Source: Clostridia bacterium
GTDB taxonomy: Bacteria > Bacillota > Clostridia > Christensenellales > UBA1242
Assembly (NCBI GenBank): GCA_017938505.1
Contig: JAGBBH010000079.1
Location: 1 to 51,576, forward strand
Direction: 5' to 3'
DNA: 51,576 nucleotides
Shown: piece by piece, positions 25,111 to 34,551 of the stretch
How positions within the stretch are numbered: position 1 is the first letter of the stretch
Layout of the letters: the number at the start of each line of letters is the position of its first letter
Notes under the pieces: model-generated
The model's database searches: none
What the model saw: only the letters and a program-made list of their open reading frames with translations
What the model was told of the DNA's origin: nothing
Position numbers and translations under genes: made by a program

Positions 25111-27636
25111 CTAATTGCTCAATCTCTTGATTTCATCAAGCAAACTTTCGAGTTTAGAGTTAATTTCTGCAATTTTCTTTTCAGATTCGTGTTTTGCAAT
25201 AACTGCTTGTGCTTCTTTTTGAAGAACATCAATTTGCTCAATGAGTTCTTCTCTTCTTGTTTGCTTGTCATCAACAGATGCCAAATCCATTTCTTTCATT
25301 GCACTTTCAAGTTCTTTGTTCAAAGCCGCCCTCATTTTGTTGAGTTTTGCTTCTTCTTCTGAAAGTTTTTTGTTGATTTCAACAATTGAGTCAAGTTGTT
25401 TTTTTGGTCTTCCTCTGCCTCTTTTTTCTTGAACGACAGACTCTTCGACCTTAACGATTTTCTTTGGTCTGCCAGCTTTTTTCTTTGGCGCCGGCTCTGC
25501 CACTGAAGTTGATTGAACAATCTTTCTTGGTCTGCCAGGACGCTTCTTTGGAGTTTCAGCTGCAACCTCTTGTTTTGGTTCTTCAACCTTTTCTGCAACA
25601 ATCTTTCTTGGACGACCTCTGCCCTTCTTCTCTTCAACTGGAGCTGTTTGAGCTACAATCTTCCTTGGTCTGCCAGCCTTTTTCTTTTCTGCAACTGGTT
25701 CTTCTTGAACAATCTTTCTTGGTCTGCCAGGACGCTTCTTTGGAGTTTCGACCACAACCTCTTGTTTTGGCTCTTCAACTCTCTTTGTTTCTTTTTTAGG
25801 TTCGTCTAAAGAGAATTCTTCAAAACCATCATCTAAATCTAATGTTTGAGCAACTTCTTCAGGTTTAATCTCTTGAGGTTTTTCTTCTGAAACATTTTCT
25901 TCATTATCGCTTGCGTTTGCAAATTCAATTTCGTTGTCTTTATCAACATCTTTAATTATGTTTTCAGCAACCCCATATAAATCATCTTTTTGTGAAACAT
26001 CAGTAATGAAATCAAATTCATCAAAATCTTCAAAATCCACAACCTTCTTTTCTTCTTGTGGTTCAACAGTTTGAGCTTGCAAAATCAAGGTTCCGTCTTG
26101 AGAATAAACATTTCCTTCAGCATCATGGAAGTTTCCTTGTGGGTCATAGTAAGTTCCATTTGGATAAACATAGTTTCCAAGTTCATCATATTGCCCTTCA
26201 GCATTTGAAACATCTTCAACCACTTCGTTTCCTTGAGAGAGTGTTTCCATATTTGCCGCATCAAATTCGCCTTGTGGAACATTTTTAAGTCTAATTTCAA
26301 GTTCTGTGATATATTGCTTGTTTTGTTCGTTTTCTGCTTTCAATGCTTCTATCTTATCATTGAAAACCTTTGCAACAACCTTTTCTGCACTTTGACAGAA
26401 TCTATTAAAGAAGGTTTGATATTCACCAATCATACCGTTTTCAACATCAGCCTTGAATGTTTCCAACTCTTGATTGAGTTTTGCAATTTCTTCTTCGCCC
26501 TCTTTCTTTTCAAGCAAATATTTTGCTCTTTGTTGTTCAAATTCTTGTTCAAGTTGTTCTTGTTTTGCAACTTCTTGTGTTTGTTGCTTACGATAATAGT
26601 TACTTTCAATTCTGTTTGTTGTTTCTTCTTGCATTTGACGAAGTCTAACAATATTTTCTTTAGATGCTTGAATTTTTGTTTGAGAATCTTTTTGGACCAT
26701 ATCAAAGTTCTTTCTTCTCGAATCAAGTTCCGCTTCCAATTGAGAAACCTTAACCAAAATCTTTTCTTTCTTTTTCAAGAACAATTCGCTTTCTCTCATT
26801 GCTCTTTCAAGAACAATTGAGCCATCGACACCTGTTGATGAAAAATCGTAAACCTCGTGATTGATTTGTTCTTCTTTTGCTTTGTTGAACTCTTCCTTTT
26901 CTTTCCTTGCTTTATAATCCAAGAATTCACGAAGAACTGGTTGTCCCTTTTCAATTTCTTCAGGAGTAAACAAAATTTGATAGTCAATATATGTTGGCAA
27001 ATCAAGGCAAGCATTGTCCATAAATCTTCCAAACAAAGACACATTTTGATAAAGCGAATTCAAGATAGCGTTTTTTCTTGCTCTGAGGAATGCTACAAAA
27101 ATTGAAGAAATGATAACAATGAAAATTGGAACCATAATTGAAAGCACAATGCCGTTACCGGTCAAATAGTCAGTAAAGCTCGTAAGCATCAAAATGAACA
27201 TAGCCACAACAAACGCCCAAATGGTTGAAAAAAGTCCAAGGTTCTTTATGTTAGAGTTGTAAGAACTTGTCTTTAAAGGTTTTTCAACAAGGTTATCCGT
27301 TGAAAGATAAGTCGATGGAGCCCCTTCTCTGAACAATATGTATTGTTGCCAATAATAGCACAGCCTCTTTGGCGCTTTGGTTTTGAAAAGAAAGTTAACA
27401 TCTTTGATGTTTTCCTCCGTTACAACCTTTTGGTCAAAAAGCCAATAGTTAATTTTGTCCAAGGCACGATTCAAGGACGCCTCATAGGAAAATGATGATT
27501 TCACAAGGAAGAAAATCACCAATAAGATTTCCACACCAAGTGCGATAATAAATAACATATCAAAACCAATCAAACGAACAAGGTCTGAGAAGAATGATGC
27601 AATACTATCGACAATACTACACATTGTAGAAAACAT
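25111..27636 (-). CDS. Membrane-anchored coiled-coil protein with six C-terminal AT-hook motifs, 841 aa
   Basis: AGGAGG RBS. Three TM segments lie at aa ~24-46, ~133-155 and ~162-186. K/E/Q-rich heptad-like regions span aa ~230-440 and ~760-841, with an acidic linker between. There are six (K/R)n-x-GRP(R/K)K motifs: KKRPGRPRKIV, KKKAGRPRKIV, KKGRGRPRKIV, KKRPGRPRKIV, KKKAGRPKKIV and KRGRGRPKKQL. Confidence 0.8.
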   Translation of the reverse strand: MFSTMCSIVDSIASFFSDLVRLIGFDMLFIIALGVEILLVIFFLVKSSFSYEASLNRALDKINYWLFDQKVVTEENIKDVNFLFKTKAPKRLCYYWQQYILFREGAPSTYLSTDNLVEKPLKTSSYNSNIKNLGLFSTIWAFVVAMFILMLTSFTDYLTGNGIVLSIMVPIFIVIISSIFVAFLRARKNAILNSLYQNVSLFGRFMDNACLDLPTYIDYQILFTPEEIEKGQPVLREFLDYKARKEKEEFNKAKEEQINHEVYDFSSTGVDGSIVLERAMRESELFLKKKEKILVKVSQLEAELDSRRKNFDMVQKDSQTKIQASKENIVRLRQMQEETTNRIESNYYRKQQTQEVAKQEQLEQEFEQQRAKYLLEKKEGEEEIAKLNQELETFKADVENGMIGEYQTFFNRFCQSAEKVVAKVFNDKIEALKAENEQNKQYITELEIRLKNVPQGEFDAANMETLSQGNEVVEDVSNAEGQYDELGNYVYPNGTYYDPQGNFHDAEGNVYSQDGTLILQAQTVEPQEEKKVVDFEDFDEFDFITDVSQKDDLYGVAENIIKDVDKDNEIEFANASDNEENVSEEKPQEIKPEEVAQTLDLDDGFEEFSLDEPKKETKRVEEPKQEVVVETPKKRPGRPRKIVQEEPVAEKKKAGRPRKIVAQTAPVEEKKGRGRPRKIVAEKVEEPKQEVAAETPKKRPGRPRKIVQSTSVAEPAPKKKAGRPKKIVKVEESVVQEKRGRGRPKKQLDSIVEINKKLSEEEAKLNKMRAALNKELESAMKEMDLASVDDKQTRREELIEQIDVLQKEAQAVIAKHESEKKIAEINSKLESLLDEIKRLSN
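25398..25779 (-). repeat. Tandem duplication (~192 nt x2), each copy encoding three AT-hooks
   Basis: VEEPKQEVVVETPKKRPGRPRKIVQ...KKKAGRPRKIV...GRGRPRKIV is followed directly by VEEPKQEVAAETPKKRPGRPRKIVQ...KKKAGRPKKIV...GRGRPKK. Long identical nucleotide stretches are visible, for example around 25511-25556 and 25707-25750. Confidence 0.8.
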
Positions 27637-27658
27637 AATATACCTCCTGTTTGTGAAT

Positions 27659-27667
27659 AGTATAACA
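27659..27667 (-). promoter_or_regulatory. Extended -10 promoter (TGtTATACT) of the AT-hook protein gene
   Basis: The minus strand reads TTGTGTTATACT. The element ends 22 nt upstream of the ATG at 27636, and AGGAGG lies in between. Confidence 0.4.
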
Positions 27668-27941
27668 CAACTAAAAAAATAATTACTAATAATTTTTAAT
27701 ATTTTTTCAAAAATTTTTAAAAATATTTTTTTATCCCTAAATTAAAGAGAAAGAAGCCTATATACAATTCTTGTTTTTTAATTAAAAATATTATATTTTT
27801 TGCATTATTCGGAGCGAAATTTAAAACTTTTCGCTTTATTTATATAAATAAATTATTCTATTAATAATATATCTTTAATATGTCCTTGCTCCTTTTTTTA
27901 AATTGTTAGTTTACATCTTCAAAAACAATAAACAAACAAAT

Positions 27942-27975
27942 AAAAAACAAGGAAGTCAAAACTCCTTGTTTTTTC
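27942..27975. terminator. Bidirectional terminator downstream of addA
   Basis: Stem AACAAGGA/TCCTTGTT (8 bp) with a 9-nt loop, with an A-run and a T-run on either side. Confidence 0.7.
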
Positions 27976-28037
27976 AATCTCGGCAAAAGACCTTCGTCCA
28001 CTTTTTTACACAAACAAATTTAAAAAGCGCATTATTT

Positions 28038-31000
28038 CTATTTTACCTCTATCAACTTACTGTTTTTAAGAGAAAGCAAATATGCATTCTTTACAGGAAG
28101 GTTAAAAAAGTTTTCTAGTGCCCCCTTATAAAGTTTTATTTGCCCCTTGTATGTATTTAACAAATATTCTTCACTGTTTGAATTTGAATATTTATAATCA
28201 ACCAAAACAATCTCATCTTCTTGCACGACAAAAAAGTCAACCACCCCTTGAACAATGACTTCTTCATCAACTTGACAGCCATCTAAAAGATTTGAAAGTT
28301 TGTCTTTCATAATAAATTCTTTTTCTTTAACAACTTTTCCCGTTTCCACAAATTTCTTCAAAAGCAAAATGTTTTTCAAAAGGGTTTCTTTATCTAAAAA
28401 TTCTTCAGCATCTCCCAACAGCTCTTTGTTGTTTTCGAGTTCTGCCAACAACTCTTGCATATTTCCAATTTTTCCAAACGGCAATATCTTCAATGCCAAG
28501 TGGTAAGCATTTCCAATTTCGACACCTGCACCAGAAAAAGATATTTCTTGATTTGAATATTTTTGCAGAATATCTTCTTTGTTCTTGTTATTCAGAGATG
28601 TAACACTTTCTTTCAGTCTAAAATTGTCGCTTTGTTCAAAGTCATATTTAAAATTCAAATATTCTTCCATTTGTTTCACAAGTTTAGGGTCATTTGTAAT
28701 TTTTCCATAAATTTCCTTTGCAACACTTTGCTCTTCTACAACATTCTCAATTTTAACAATCTCAATCGTATCTGTTTCATAAAAGTCTTTTTCAAGAAGC
28801 AGTTCTTTGGCTTTTGGAAGTGCAAAGAATACAAAATCAAAATATGTCTTACAACTCAAAATGTTTTGCTTTTCAAATATTGATTTTTTAAAATCGCCAA
28901 ACAAATATAATCTATTTTTTGCACGAGTTAACGCAACATAAAAAATCATAAGTTCTTCTGCAAATTTTTTTTCTTGTTCTCTCTTGTTGATTGCCTGCAT
29001 CTTAATGGTTACATTTTCTTTGTTTGTCAAACTATCATAATTCTTTACAGAGAAGCCAAACTCCTCATTAATTTCAACATAACCCTTTTTATATGGGTCT
29101 TTCATCAAATCCTTTTCGCACCCAATTAAAAAAACAATTGGATACTCAAGACCTTTGCTGTTGTGAATTGTAGTCAACAAGATTGCATCATCCTCAATTG
29201 TTGATTCAGTAGAAACTGAAATTTGAATATTTGAAAAATAATCAACAAGTCCAGACAAATCGTTGTCAAACCCACTTGCAGAAATTTCTTCCAAAAATTT
29301 GTCAACAAACAGATTTAATTTTTCATTTTGTTCATGCAAATTTAAATAAGCCCTATAATTTGTTTCATTAAAAAATTGCAAAAATGCGTGTTTTATTCCA
29401 AAAAAAACAATATTTTCTTTAAATTTTTCTAAATTTTTATTAAATTTTGAAAAAACTTCGTTTTTGTCTTTTTTGACAAGTTCGCACAAAGTCCCTTTTT
29501 CACCACTTTTTTCATTAGCAATTTTCTCAAACGACATGCCACCCAAAGGAGAAATTAAAACACTTAAAAGAGAAATGTCGTCTTCCATATTTAATGCAAT
29601 TTTAAGGCAATCAACAAGAACCTTGATTTCAGGCTCATCAAACATGTTGTTTTTTGAATTAGAAATCACTGGCACACCATTTTGTTGCAAATAAATTGCA
29701 AGTTCATCAAAAAAATCATCTCTCGTCCTTGCCAAAATTGTTATGTCGCTATATCTACAATCTCTCAAAACACCTTTATCAGATATTTTTGAGGACATAA
29801 CTTCAACAATTCGCCTTTTGACATCTTTTAGTTTCTTCTCAAACTTATTTTTCTTCTTGTTACAGTCTTGCTTCACACTATATAAGTAAGGCAATGGAAT
29901 TTCTTTTTCTTCATCTTCTTCAACCAAATCTATATAAACCGCTTTGGCAGGCTCATCAACAAATTTTGACCGCCCCTCAAGCATAGAAGTTGCCAAATAG
30001 TCAATTCCCGTTGTTTGTTTTGTCATACAAACTTTGCAAACATCATTTACAAAACCAAGAACCTTTTGACTGCTTCTAAAGTTCGACTTCAAACAATTAA
30101 CTTGCGAATCTTCATTTAAAGAAAACTCTTCCATATCTTTTAAAAATATTTCCGCGCTGGCATTTCTAAAACCATAAATTCCTTGCTTTGCATCTCCTAC
30201 CGCAACAAAATTGCAGTTTTTTGCAACATTTTTTACGATTTTTTCTTGAATTTTGTTTGTGTCTTGATATTCATCAATAAAAACATATTTGACAGACGAG
30301 AATAAATTTTCTTTTTCTGACAATTTTTTCATATAAAATTCAAGGTCTGCAAAAGTTAGGACATTTAGATTTCTCTTTATCTTACTTAACTCTTCTTGAT
30401 AAATTCCAAAAAACTTGAGCAACACTTTTTCAAGTTTCGCTTCCTTCTGTTTTTCGACATTCTCCAAGTCGTCAAGTTTCAATTTTTGCAAATCGTCCTT
30501 AACATTGGCTATCATTTTCTTTACGGCTTCAAGTCCTGCGAAAGCCTTTTCGCCAATTTGTTCCTTGTTTGGCCTTCTCGGAAATTTAAACGCTTTAAAC
30601 ATTTCACACATTTCGCCCAATGTTTTAGCACTCAATATTATGTCAGCCTGTTCTTTCAGTGCAAGATAAAAATCAAAAACATTAATTTTTTCACAATCCT
30701 CAAGCGCACATACAATGCGTCTCTTTGAACTTTCAAACAAAAACCCTAAAGCTTTGTTAAAATACACATCACTATCATCTAAATTCTTTTTAACAAACGC
30801 TTCTTTATCTGCAAGCGATTGTAGCAAATTGTCGATTTCAAGAAGTATTTCTCTGATTTTATTTTTATCATTCTTAAAATTTGACAACAAAAACAGACAC
30901 TCTTCTTCATTTGATGCATAAAAAGTCTTTATTGTCTTTTCAAACGCCTCCAAAGAGAGTTTTTGAGAATAATTTTCATCTAAAATCTCAAAACCTGCAG

Positions 31001-31397
31001 ACAAACCAACCAAATTCGCATACTTTTTTAAGCATTTTTCACAAAAAGCATCAATTGTGCAAATATTTGCCGTTGACAGTGCATCAATCTGCTCCAACAC
31101 AAATGCGTCATTGCCTTTGCTTTTTAATTGCTTAAGCAACCTCTCTTTCATCTCCGTTGCTGCAGCTTTTGTAAAAGTTAACACCAATAAATTATTTACA
31201 GAAACATTTCTTTCGCATATAAGGTTTGAAATATACTCTATCATAATATGCGTTTTACCACTTCCTGCTGAAGCACTTACTAGCATATTTTTCTTGGTGT
31301 TTCTTAAAACTTCTTGTTGTTCTTCAATGATTTGCTTCTCTTCTTTTGTTTCTACCACACCAACTTCGACTTTTTGATTTTTCAACTCTTTCATCAT
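28038..31397 (-). CDS. addA: ATP-dependent helicase/nuclease AddAB, subunit A
   Basis: UvrD-type motifs are present: SASAGSGKTH, FIDEYQDTN and a TIHNSKGLEYP-like motif. The C-terminal RecB-type nuclease reads GVVDFF....EIVLVDYKYS. It overlaps addB by 4 nt. Confidence 0.9.
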   Translation of the reverse strand: MMKELKNQKVEVGVVETKEEKQIIEEQQEVLRNTKKNMLVSASAGSGKTHIMIEYISNLICERNVSVNNLLVLTFTKAAATEMKERLLKQLKSKGNDAFVLEQIDALSTANICTIDAFCEKCLKKYANLVGLSAGFEILDENYSQKLSLEAFEKTIKTFYASNEEECLFLLSNFKNDKNKIREILLEIDNLLQSLADKEAFVKKNLDDSDVYFNKALGFLFESSKRRIVCALEDCEKINVFDFYLALKEQADIILSAKTLGEMCEMFKAFKFPRRPNKEQIGEKAFAGLEAVKKMIANVKDDLQKLKLDDLENVEKQKEAKLEKVLLKFFGIYQEELSKIKRNLNVLTFADLEFYMKKLSEKENLFSSVKYVFIDEYQDTNKIQEKIVKNVAKNCNFVAVGDAKQGIYGFRNASAEIFLKDMEEFSLNEDSQVNCLKSNFRSSQKVLGFVNDVCKVCMTKQTTGIDYLATSMLEGRSKFVDEPAKAVYIDLVEEDEEKEIPLPYLYSVKQDCNKKKNKFEKKLKDVKRRIVEVMSSKISDKGVLRDCRYSDITILARTRDDFFDELAIYLQQNGVPVISNSKNNMFDEPEIKVLVDCLKIALNMEDDISLLSVLISPLGGMSFEKIANEKSGEKGTLCELVKKDKNEVFSKFNKNLEKFKENIVFFGIKHAFLQFFNETNYRAYLNLHEQNEKLNLFVDKFLEEISASGFDNDLSGLVDYFSNIQISVSTESTIEDDAILLTTIHNSKGLEYPIVFLIGCEKDLMKDPYKKGYVEINEEFGFSVKNYDSLTNKENVTIKMQAINKREQEKKFAEELMIFYVALTRAKNRLYLFGDFKKSIFEKQNILSCKTYFDFVFFALPKAKELLLEKDFYETDTIEIVKIENVVEEQSVAKEIYGKITNDPKLVKQMEEYLNFKYDFEQSDNFRLKESVTSLNNKNKEDILQKYSNQEISFSGAGVEIGNAYHLALKILPFGKIGNMQELLAELENNKELLGDAEEFLDKETLLKNILLLKKFVETGKVVKEKEFIMKDKLSNLLDGCQVDEEVIVQGVVDFFVVQEDEIVLVDYKYSNSNSEEYLLNTYKGQIKLYKGALENFFNLPVKNAYLLSLKNSKLIEVK

Positions 31398-34300
31398 TTT
31401 TTCCTTTTTAAATTTTCATCATCAACACTTTGCATCTTTCTGACTACCCCACTTTCTCTGTGTTGACAAACCGCCATATAAGGACACCACTTACACATTC
31501 CATCTAAAGGTTTTGCTTCAATATAACCAGACTTAATTTCATCAACAGCAACCTCGGACACCTCTTTTGCATAATCAATTAAATCCTCTAGTTTTTCCGT
31601 CAAACAACTTCCTCTATAACCAAAAGGCTTTTCCTGAGTCGGTTTGTTATGCTGAACTCCAAGGACATCACTTTTAAAACCAATTTCCTCCAAACGATAA
31701 TCCGTTTTCAAAATTGCTTTTTCATCTTTAGTTATTAGTCCATTTAAATGTTTTTTCGCTTCATCTTGCTTGCCATATTTTGTTTGGCAATCAAAATAGA
31801 AAACTCCAGCACAGTCCAATCCTGTTTTTTGTTTTATTGCGCCTGCATATAAAAACAACTGCAATTTCTTGCCATAAAACAAATCTTTTCTAACATTGTC
31901 TGTTTCTCCAGTTTTATAGTCTATAATTCTAAAATAATTATCAGACTTATCTACCCTATCAACAATACCAGAAAGATTTGAATTTGAAAAATAAGGTCCA
32001 AAAACACTTTTTTCAAGCAAAAATGGCCTGAAATCGCTAATTTTTTGCTCATTTTTTGCATTTTTTAGAATTATTTTGCTTTCATTTCTTAAATAATTTA
32101 CAAAATATTTTCTATCAAGAATTTTTTTATCGTAAAATCGATTTGCATATTTACTTACAAACTCATCAACAAAGCCATCTATGTCTAACCGTTCTCGATC
32201 TTCTGTAGAAAAATAGTGTTCCAATAATAAATGTTGAAAACTTCCAAATTGCATTTTTGTCGGTTCAATGTTTTGAAGTTCTTTAACCCCCAAAACATAT
32301 TTTACAAAATGCATAAATGGACACTTAAAATAGGTTTCCAATTGCGACGCAGACACCTTGCTTACTTCAAACAAAGATTGATTTTTCTCTCCTATGGAAA
32401 AATTGGTAAGAGTTTCTCGTTTTGGAACTGAATTGTTTACAAGCACTTTTAATGCATCGGAAAATTTTTGAGCAATTTTGTTTTTTCCTTGCAAATAAGT
32501 ATAGCTTTGCAAAAGATTCTTACTGCCACCAACAAAAAATAACAATCGTTTGAGAAGTTCTTCTTCTGACATACTTTCATCATCACAATCTTCAATTGTC
32601 ATTGAATGAACAACATTTTTTCCAAACATTTTTTGTAAATCTTCAATTATTGATGATTTTTGCATAAGTTGCCCCCCATCTTGCAAAGGGTAACTTACAA
32701 TCAAATTTGAATTCGCGTGTTGAAAGAGTTCAAAAACTTTAAGACGATTTCTTCTGTTAAGAACCTTAATTTCAGGTTCAATCTTTATGTTCAAGGACAA
32801 CTTCTTTATATCTTCGTCATCAATAATTCCAATATCACTTCTATTTTTAGGCAATGCATTTGCCGTTGCCCCCAAAACGCACAATGTGTTAACATCAGAA
32901 AAATAACTGCTTGTCGCATCACCAACAAACACCGCATCAATATATGTAGGAATTGTTTCAACTTTGACCGCTTGCAAAGAAACGGTTAACAATTTTTCAA
33001 AATCAGAAAGTTCAAAAACCTCATCTTTTCCAAGGAGAGAAAGTTTATCAAGAACTCTTTCCACCAGCTCAAACGCTTGAACATTTTCACTTTCTTTTTG
33101 AAAATTATTGCATTTTTTAAGTTTGTTTGACAATAAATCATAATTTTTCTTATTTTTTTTCAATATTTCTTGCAATTTTTCACAATAATTTGAAATTTCT
33201 TTGCATTGCAAAAGATTTTTTATGTCCTCAACAATATCTTTATAATCTGGATTTCTTTCAACAAACTCAACCTCATCTTGCACATTATAATGTCTTATTT
33301 GCGACAAGATTTCCTCTTGAGAATTTTCATTTAAAATTAAAGAATTTGCCAAAAATTGCAAATTTTCTTGCGTAAAACCAATTTTTGAAATGTTTATAAT
33401 CTTCAATAAAAACTTTCCTAAAATTGTTTGCGAAAGGTCTGTTGCATCATCACAGTAAAAGGCTATGTCATATTGTGCAAAGATAGTTTTAATTTCTTCA
33501 TAATAACTTTTGTCCGAAACCGCAATGGCAAAGTTTTTAAATTTTTCTCCACTGAAAATTTGATATCTGATATATTTTGCGACAAACTCAACCTCATCTT
33601 TTTTGTTTTTTGCAATCAGACATTTGAAAAAATCATCTTGCCCGTTCTCTATGTCAAAACCAAAAAGATTTTTGACGATTTTTAACTTGTTTCCAGACAA
33701 CCCACTCTTTGGGTTTACAACCTCAACAACAACCCCATTATCCGCTGCGAATTTTTTTGTTTTTTGAAAAATGTCATCTTCATAAATAAAAGCATTATTT
33801 TGCGAAATTGGTTTTGCATAGCCAATGTATATTTGATTGACATATTTTGCAAGCTGACAGACAAAGGAATTTATTTCAGTTGAAAAACTATCAAAATTTA
33901 CAAAATATAGGTTTGTTTTTGACAAATTTACCTTTTCCTCTAAATTTTCCACAAAAAATTGCAAAAGACGAGATAGGTCAAACTTGCTCTCAAGCAATTG
34001 TTCATATCTCTCATAAATATTTTTTAAGTCAGACATCTTATTGTCTAACAGTTCATCTCCAACACTTTTAATGTGCGATGGCAAAATTTTGCACGCCTTA
34101 AACTGTTTTACAATTTGCAAAATTTGAATACATAAATCAACTCCACACTTTTTGAAGTATTTGAAGTTTGTTTCTTGCTCTTTGATTGCTTTAAATATGC
34201 AAAAAATTTCTTCAATCCCACTCACTCTTTCAAATTGCACATTGTTTCGTTTTAAAAGTTTGCTTGCAAGTCTTGAAATCCCAACAATTTCAGTGTTGAA

Positions 34301-34468
34301 TGTTGCTTTTTGTTTAAGCACATCAAAAACAAGACTTTCTGCCTGCATAGAAAAACTATCTGGAACAACAATCAAGTTTTCCTTGTCAAAATCTTTAAAA
34401 TCTACATATTCAAGCACATTTTTCGCCGCCTCAAATGCCGTGGCCCCCGTTACAATTTTGATTTTCAT
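31394..34468 (-). CDS. addB: ATP-dependent helicase/nuclease AddAB, subunit B (Fe-S type)
   Basis: C-terminal nuclease IIDYKTG. The four-Cys cluster is KCPF ... CKWCPYMAVC. The N-terminal Walker A is degenerate (IVTGATAFEAAK). Gene order is addB then addA. Confidence 0.85.
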   Translation of the reverse strand: MKIKIVTGATAFEAAKNVLEYVDFKDFDKENLIVVPDSFSMQAESLVFDVLKQKATFNTEIVGISRLASKLLKRNNVQFERVSGIEEIFCIFKAIKEQETNFKYFKKCGVDLCIQILQIVKQFKACKILPSHIKSVGDELLDNKMSDLKNIYERYEQLLESKFDLSRLLQFFVENLEEKVNLSKTNLYFVNFDSFSTEINSFVCQLAKYVNQIYIGYAKPISQNNAFIYEDDIFQKTKKFAADNGVVVEVVNPKSGLSGNKLKIVKNLFGFDIENGQDDFFKCLIAKNKKDEVEFVAKYIRYQIFSGEKFKNFAIAVSDKSYYEEIKTIFAQYDIAFYCDDATDLSQTILGKFLLKIINISKIGFTQENLQFLANSLILNENSQEEILSQIRHYNVQDEVEFVERNPDYKDIVEDIKNLLQCKEISNYCEKLQEILKKNKKNYDLLSNKLKKCNNFQKESENVQAFELVERVLDKLSLLGKDEVFELSDFEKLLTVSLQAVKVETIPTYIDAVFVGDATSSYFSDVNTLCVLGATANALPKNRSDIGIIDDEDIKKLSLNIKIEPEIKVLNRRNRLKVFELFQHANSNLIVSYPLQDGGQLMQKSSIIEDLQKMFGKNVVHSMTIEDCDDESMSEEELLKRLLFFVGGSKNLLQSYTYLQGKNKIAQKFSDALKVLVNNSVPKRETLTNFSIGEKNQSLFEVSKVSASQLETYFKCPFMHFVKYVLGVKELQNIEPTKMQFGSFQHLLLEHYFSTEDRERLDIDGFVDEFVSKYANRFYDKKILDRKYFVNYLRNESKIILKNAKNEQKISDFRPFLLEKSVFGPYFSNSNLSGIVDRVDKSDNYFRIIDYKTGETDNVRKDLFYGKKLQLFLYAGAIKQKTGLDCAGVFYFDCQTKYGKQDEAKKHLNGLITKDEKAILKTDYRLEEIGFKSDVLGVQHNKPTQEKPFGYRGSCLTEKLEDLIDYAKEVSEVAVDEIKSGYIEAKPLDGMCKWCPYMAVCQHRESGVVRKMQSVDDENLKRKK

Positions 34469-34474
34469 ATAAAA

Positions 34475-34503
34475 AGTTTATCACATTACATAAAATAAAT
34501 CAA
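34475..34503 (-). promoter_or_regulatory. Putative addB promoter with leaderless geometry
   Basis: On the minus strand: TTGATT (34503-34498), a 17-nt spacer, then TGa-TAAACT (-10 at 34480-34475). Only 6 nt separate it from the ATG at 34468, and there is no Shine-Dalgarno. Confidence 0.35.
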
Positions 34504-34551
34504 TCTATGGTTAGAGAAAACTTACCACCCCTCCATCTTTTGGGATTTCTC

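Noticed and set aside
25332-25809. Overlapping 98-111-aa ORFs on both strands within the AT-hook repeat region.
   Set aside because: They are artefacts of a repetitive, stop-poor sequence. They lack RBSs and lie wholly inside an 841-aa ORF with coherent domain structure.
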